The translations under genes were made by a program, and so were the position numbers. Below, piece after piece: positions 60,974-64,000 of a DNA stretch of 64,000 nt. Source of the DNA: Selaginella moellendorffii (lineage: Eukaryota; Plantae; Lycopodiophyta); the NCBI RefSeq assembly GCF_000143415.4, contig NW_003314290.1, positions 248,001 through 312,000 on the forward strand. The letters run 5' to 3'. The stretch's first letter is position 1. Each line of letters opens with the position of its first letter. Below the pieces are notes generated by a model. It was not told where the DNA came from, made no database searches, and was given only the letters and a program-made list of their open reading frames with translations.

Positions 60974-62377
60974 TATGACATCCAAGTATATAGCTATGAT
61001 ATCATATACTAATATTAATATAGTGCAATTTTTATAGTCGTCAAATTAGTTTTTTTATGGACCTCTTGTTATTATATTTATAAGCTTGGGTTTTTTTTCT
61101 AATTAATATACACATTTTTATATTCTATTTTATTCCATACACTCAAATTAGTGGAGGTGTAAGGTACCTTTGATTGTCTCTAATGAGTGCTTGGATTTGA
61201 GCTTTTGGTTTAGATTTAGTTTTTGCATTTTATAGATCTCATTTTCTTTATAGCTTTTTTTTTTTTTAAAAAAAATTCTTTTTTTTCCTTTTATTCATCT
61301 TCATGGCAGAGCAGAAGCCTCCTCTTCCTTTGACTCTAGATTAATAATTTGTGTAGTCGTGGAGTAGATTCTTTCAAATAATGGTCTTGTATTTATAGCT
61401 GAGGTGTTTTATGTTTTAACGTGTTGGTTGGGGATACACCACACTCTCATGAGTTTTTATCATCCACAATCAGATAGTTTAGTGGAATAACTTGTTTAGA
61501 TTTTCAATGGAATGATTGCAAAGTATATAAATTTTTAGCATTCGGATTGAGATAGTTATTTATAGTCTTTTCGGTATGTGTATATCACAAGAGTGCAAAG
61601 TTTTATTGGTGCTTCACTATATAAACTCTTATATAGTTATAATCCAATACTACCAATGGAGTTGGGTTTACCTTCACAATTGCCATAATACATAGTACAA
61701 CTCCTCTTACTTTTACTGCTAATTCTCATGTTCAGCCAAAGTTCTTCCTTGGGAATCTTAAGGATAATGTGTACTATTGATTTGATCATTTTATAGTGAT
61801 TGGCATATATCATTATTATGATGATACTTGGTGTTTGCATGAGCTTCCTAGATGTTTCCAAGGGATGGTGTTACAATGGTACAATAGTTTAAATGTAACC
61901 ACTCTTGCAAATTGAAGCATTTTCTCTAATGTTTTTAAGCATGCATTTGAACATGCTGATGATTGGGATAATACCCTCTAATAATTGCACCATTTTCATC
62001 AAGGGTCATCTAAGTTATTGATACAATTTGACATTTACTTCCAAAGTCTATTGCTTCATGTGGAGCCAAATATGTAAGAGTAGATTAAGTTGAGAATGTT
62101 GTAATTAACATTTCGTCAAGATTTTGTAAAACTTATGCATACATTTGCTACACATACTCTTAATGATGCTTTTCGACTAACACAATATTATGAGATATCG
62201 CCATTTCCACTTATTATTGCATGTCCTTTGACTCCATTGTTTATGGGAGATGGTTTTGTTCTAATGGAGGTTGATGCAATTACTACTTATGTTTAAAGAC
62301 AAAGGCGAGGATATGGTCATAGTTGTGATATCTATTATTTGATGTGTGGTGAGGTTAGCTATACATACTAGTATTAT
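60974..62377 (+). mobile_element. 5' part of a hypermutated Ty3/gypsy element: LTR (60974-61145), PBS (61149-61164), gag with relic CCHC knuckle
   Basis: LTR is homologous to 511-676. PBS tagtggaggtgtaagg resembles the complement of a tRNA-Ala 3' end. One frame over 61736-62377 reads PKFFLGN..LQWYNSL..*..F...F...F..HQG..TLNDAF..YE..YLMCGEVSYTY*YY with several stops. Confidence 0.8.
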
Positions 62378-63084
62378 CAATGTTTTCTAGATTAGCATCC
62401 TTCATTTTTTAGGTGGAGGCCTTGGCATTAATAATGTGATATTGATATTATTGTAATGGAAGGTCTTGACATAGAAATTCTTCTAAGAAATAAGGAATCA
62501 TACAAGTAATGGAGGGTTTTTACACAAATAAATTAGTGATTCTTCCATCCTTCTTGCAAGACTACCATCAAGGGATTCACTTGGCATCAGTTTATATAGT
62601 GTTTATTTTCTAAGCTCATTTTTATAATAAAAGGTCTTCTATTATTCTCTTTATGTTGGTTGATATAGACTTGAGTTTATCTTCTATTGCTCACTTATTG
62701 TCACATGTTACTGTCTACAATTGCATCGTGTAGTAGAGCCAATCTTCATTCTTTATGGCAATAGTCATACACATACGTGTGTGTGGGATAAGATAAACCT
62801 AACTATGTGCATAGGTGATCTCAAGCTTGAACTTCAATTGTTGTAGATGGTACTTTTTTGACCTCATCTTTAGTATGGATTGGTTGTAGTACAATAATAC
62901 CAAGTATGACTTTGAGGGTTTTCCCCCTTATCTCATACTTTTTTATATTTCTTTTATTCTTCTCACTTCTATTCCCTTTTATCCCTCTGCTTCCATCACT
63001 TTTGTTTTTCTATCACTTCCTATTTTATTTCCATCTTGCTCTTTTATTCCCTTTCTAAATCCTTCAAATGGCCTTTATATTGCA

Positions 63085-63310
63085 GTGGGATAAGATAAAC
63101 CTAACTATGTGCACAGGTGATCTCAAGCTTGAACTTCGCCAATGGCACGGCTAGAAAATCCCTACACAGTGCCAGGCATGCAACAATCTTAAGAATATTC
63201 TCCCGCATGATAGAAACTGCAACTCTTGTCGAGCCTGCCTTATCCTAAACCTGGTGGTGACAAAAGAGCAAGATGGAAATAAAATAGAAAGTGATAGAAA
63301 AACAAGGTGA
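63085..63310. repeat. Patchwork of four short direct or inverted copies of nearby sequence
   Basis: 63085-63137 = 62783-62835; 63138-63206 = revcomp 63532-63600; 63212-63250 = 63428-63466; 63262-63305 = revcomp 63002-63045. Confidence 0.93.
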
Positions 63311-64000
63311 CACGTTTAAAATGTTACGTTTTTTAAGTTTCACACGTTTTCTGGCAACTATGCATCCAGATATATCAGCATCAAAATCTTGAAAATGTCC
63401 TCTGGACATTGACGATATTCGATCTCAAGAAACTGCAACTCTTGTCGAGCCTGCCTTATCCTAAACTGAGCTCCTAGCCGTTTCCTCTTTCGGTCTTCCA
63501 AATCCTCCCATCTCTTCCGGCCATTAGCCGGGCAGGAGAATATTCTTAAGATTGTTGCATGCCTGGCACTGTGCAGGGATTTTCTAGCCGTGCCATTGGC
63601 CAATCTTGGTAATACTATACCCTCACAGATTCCTTGCAGAAGTACCAGATATGAAGATTGTCTACTACCTTTGCAAACTAATCTGTCCAAGAGCTGGTGC
63701 ATAATGATCTTTGCCGACCTTCTGGTTCTTAGTACAGAAAAGTGGAAGGGATGTGTGATTTGGTCACGTCAATCTTTTCCACGCTTGTCTCTCTTGACTC
63801 TCAAACTTTAAAGATGCCGCCTTCTCTACTAGACGTTCTAACCATCACGCCTGTATCCTTGAGGGCAGACGCTTGTGCTTGCAGGAACCAAGCCCCAAAG
63901 CATTGCAGGAATCTTTGATGCAAGAAGAGATGACGCGATCTGATCACCAATGGTTCCAATGAAGGTGTTTAGCTTGTCTTTGGTGAGGCCGGGAGTCAGT

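Noticed and set aside
63138-63600. MITE with ~69-bp terminal inverted repeats
   Set aside because: No TSD seen, and the left arm is one of four locally copied pieces, so templated repair explains it better.
63358-63702. 114-aa minus-strand ORF at the window end
   Set aside because: No recognisable family; may belong to a feature extending beyond the window.

Overview
Gene-dense land-plant nuclear DNA with very short introns (mostly ~45-95 nt), GC-rich exons and an S-motif-rich PPR gene. This is most consistent with a lycophyte such as Selaginella (inference). I reconstructed about 23 protein-coding genes by hand, several fragmented or invisible in the ORF track: peroxisomal enoyl-CoA isomerase, RING-vWA E3 ligase, a conserved unknown protein, PLS-E PPR, reticulon, subtilase, Aux/IAA, PNPase, FHIT, GPI-type nsLTP, four LEA_2/NHL genes, two SOUL proteins, an intronless archaeal-type P-loop ATPase, DONSON, BTB-NPH3, ATP sulfurylase, a Cys/His-rich UL92-like protein, ABCD1/CTS and CYSTM. 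AT-rich decayed-repeat zones lie at ~0-0.7, ~32.5-41.3 and ~59.6-63.3 kb. Best observations: (1) a 3-nt micro-exon followed by a U12 AT-AC intron that together build the conserved His codon of FHIT; (2) two copies of one Ty3/gypsy family at opposite ends of the window, one showing heavy TpG/CpA->TpA (RIP-like) transitions; (3) a four-piece templated-insertion patchwork near 63.1-63.3 kb; (4) an intact orphan ATPase inside a decayed region; (5) a helically phased AuxRE triplet upstream of the Aux/IAA gene. All gene models are manual reconstructions with no transcript or database support.
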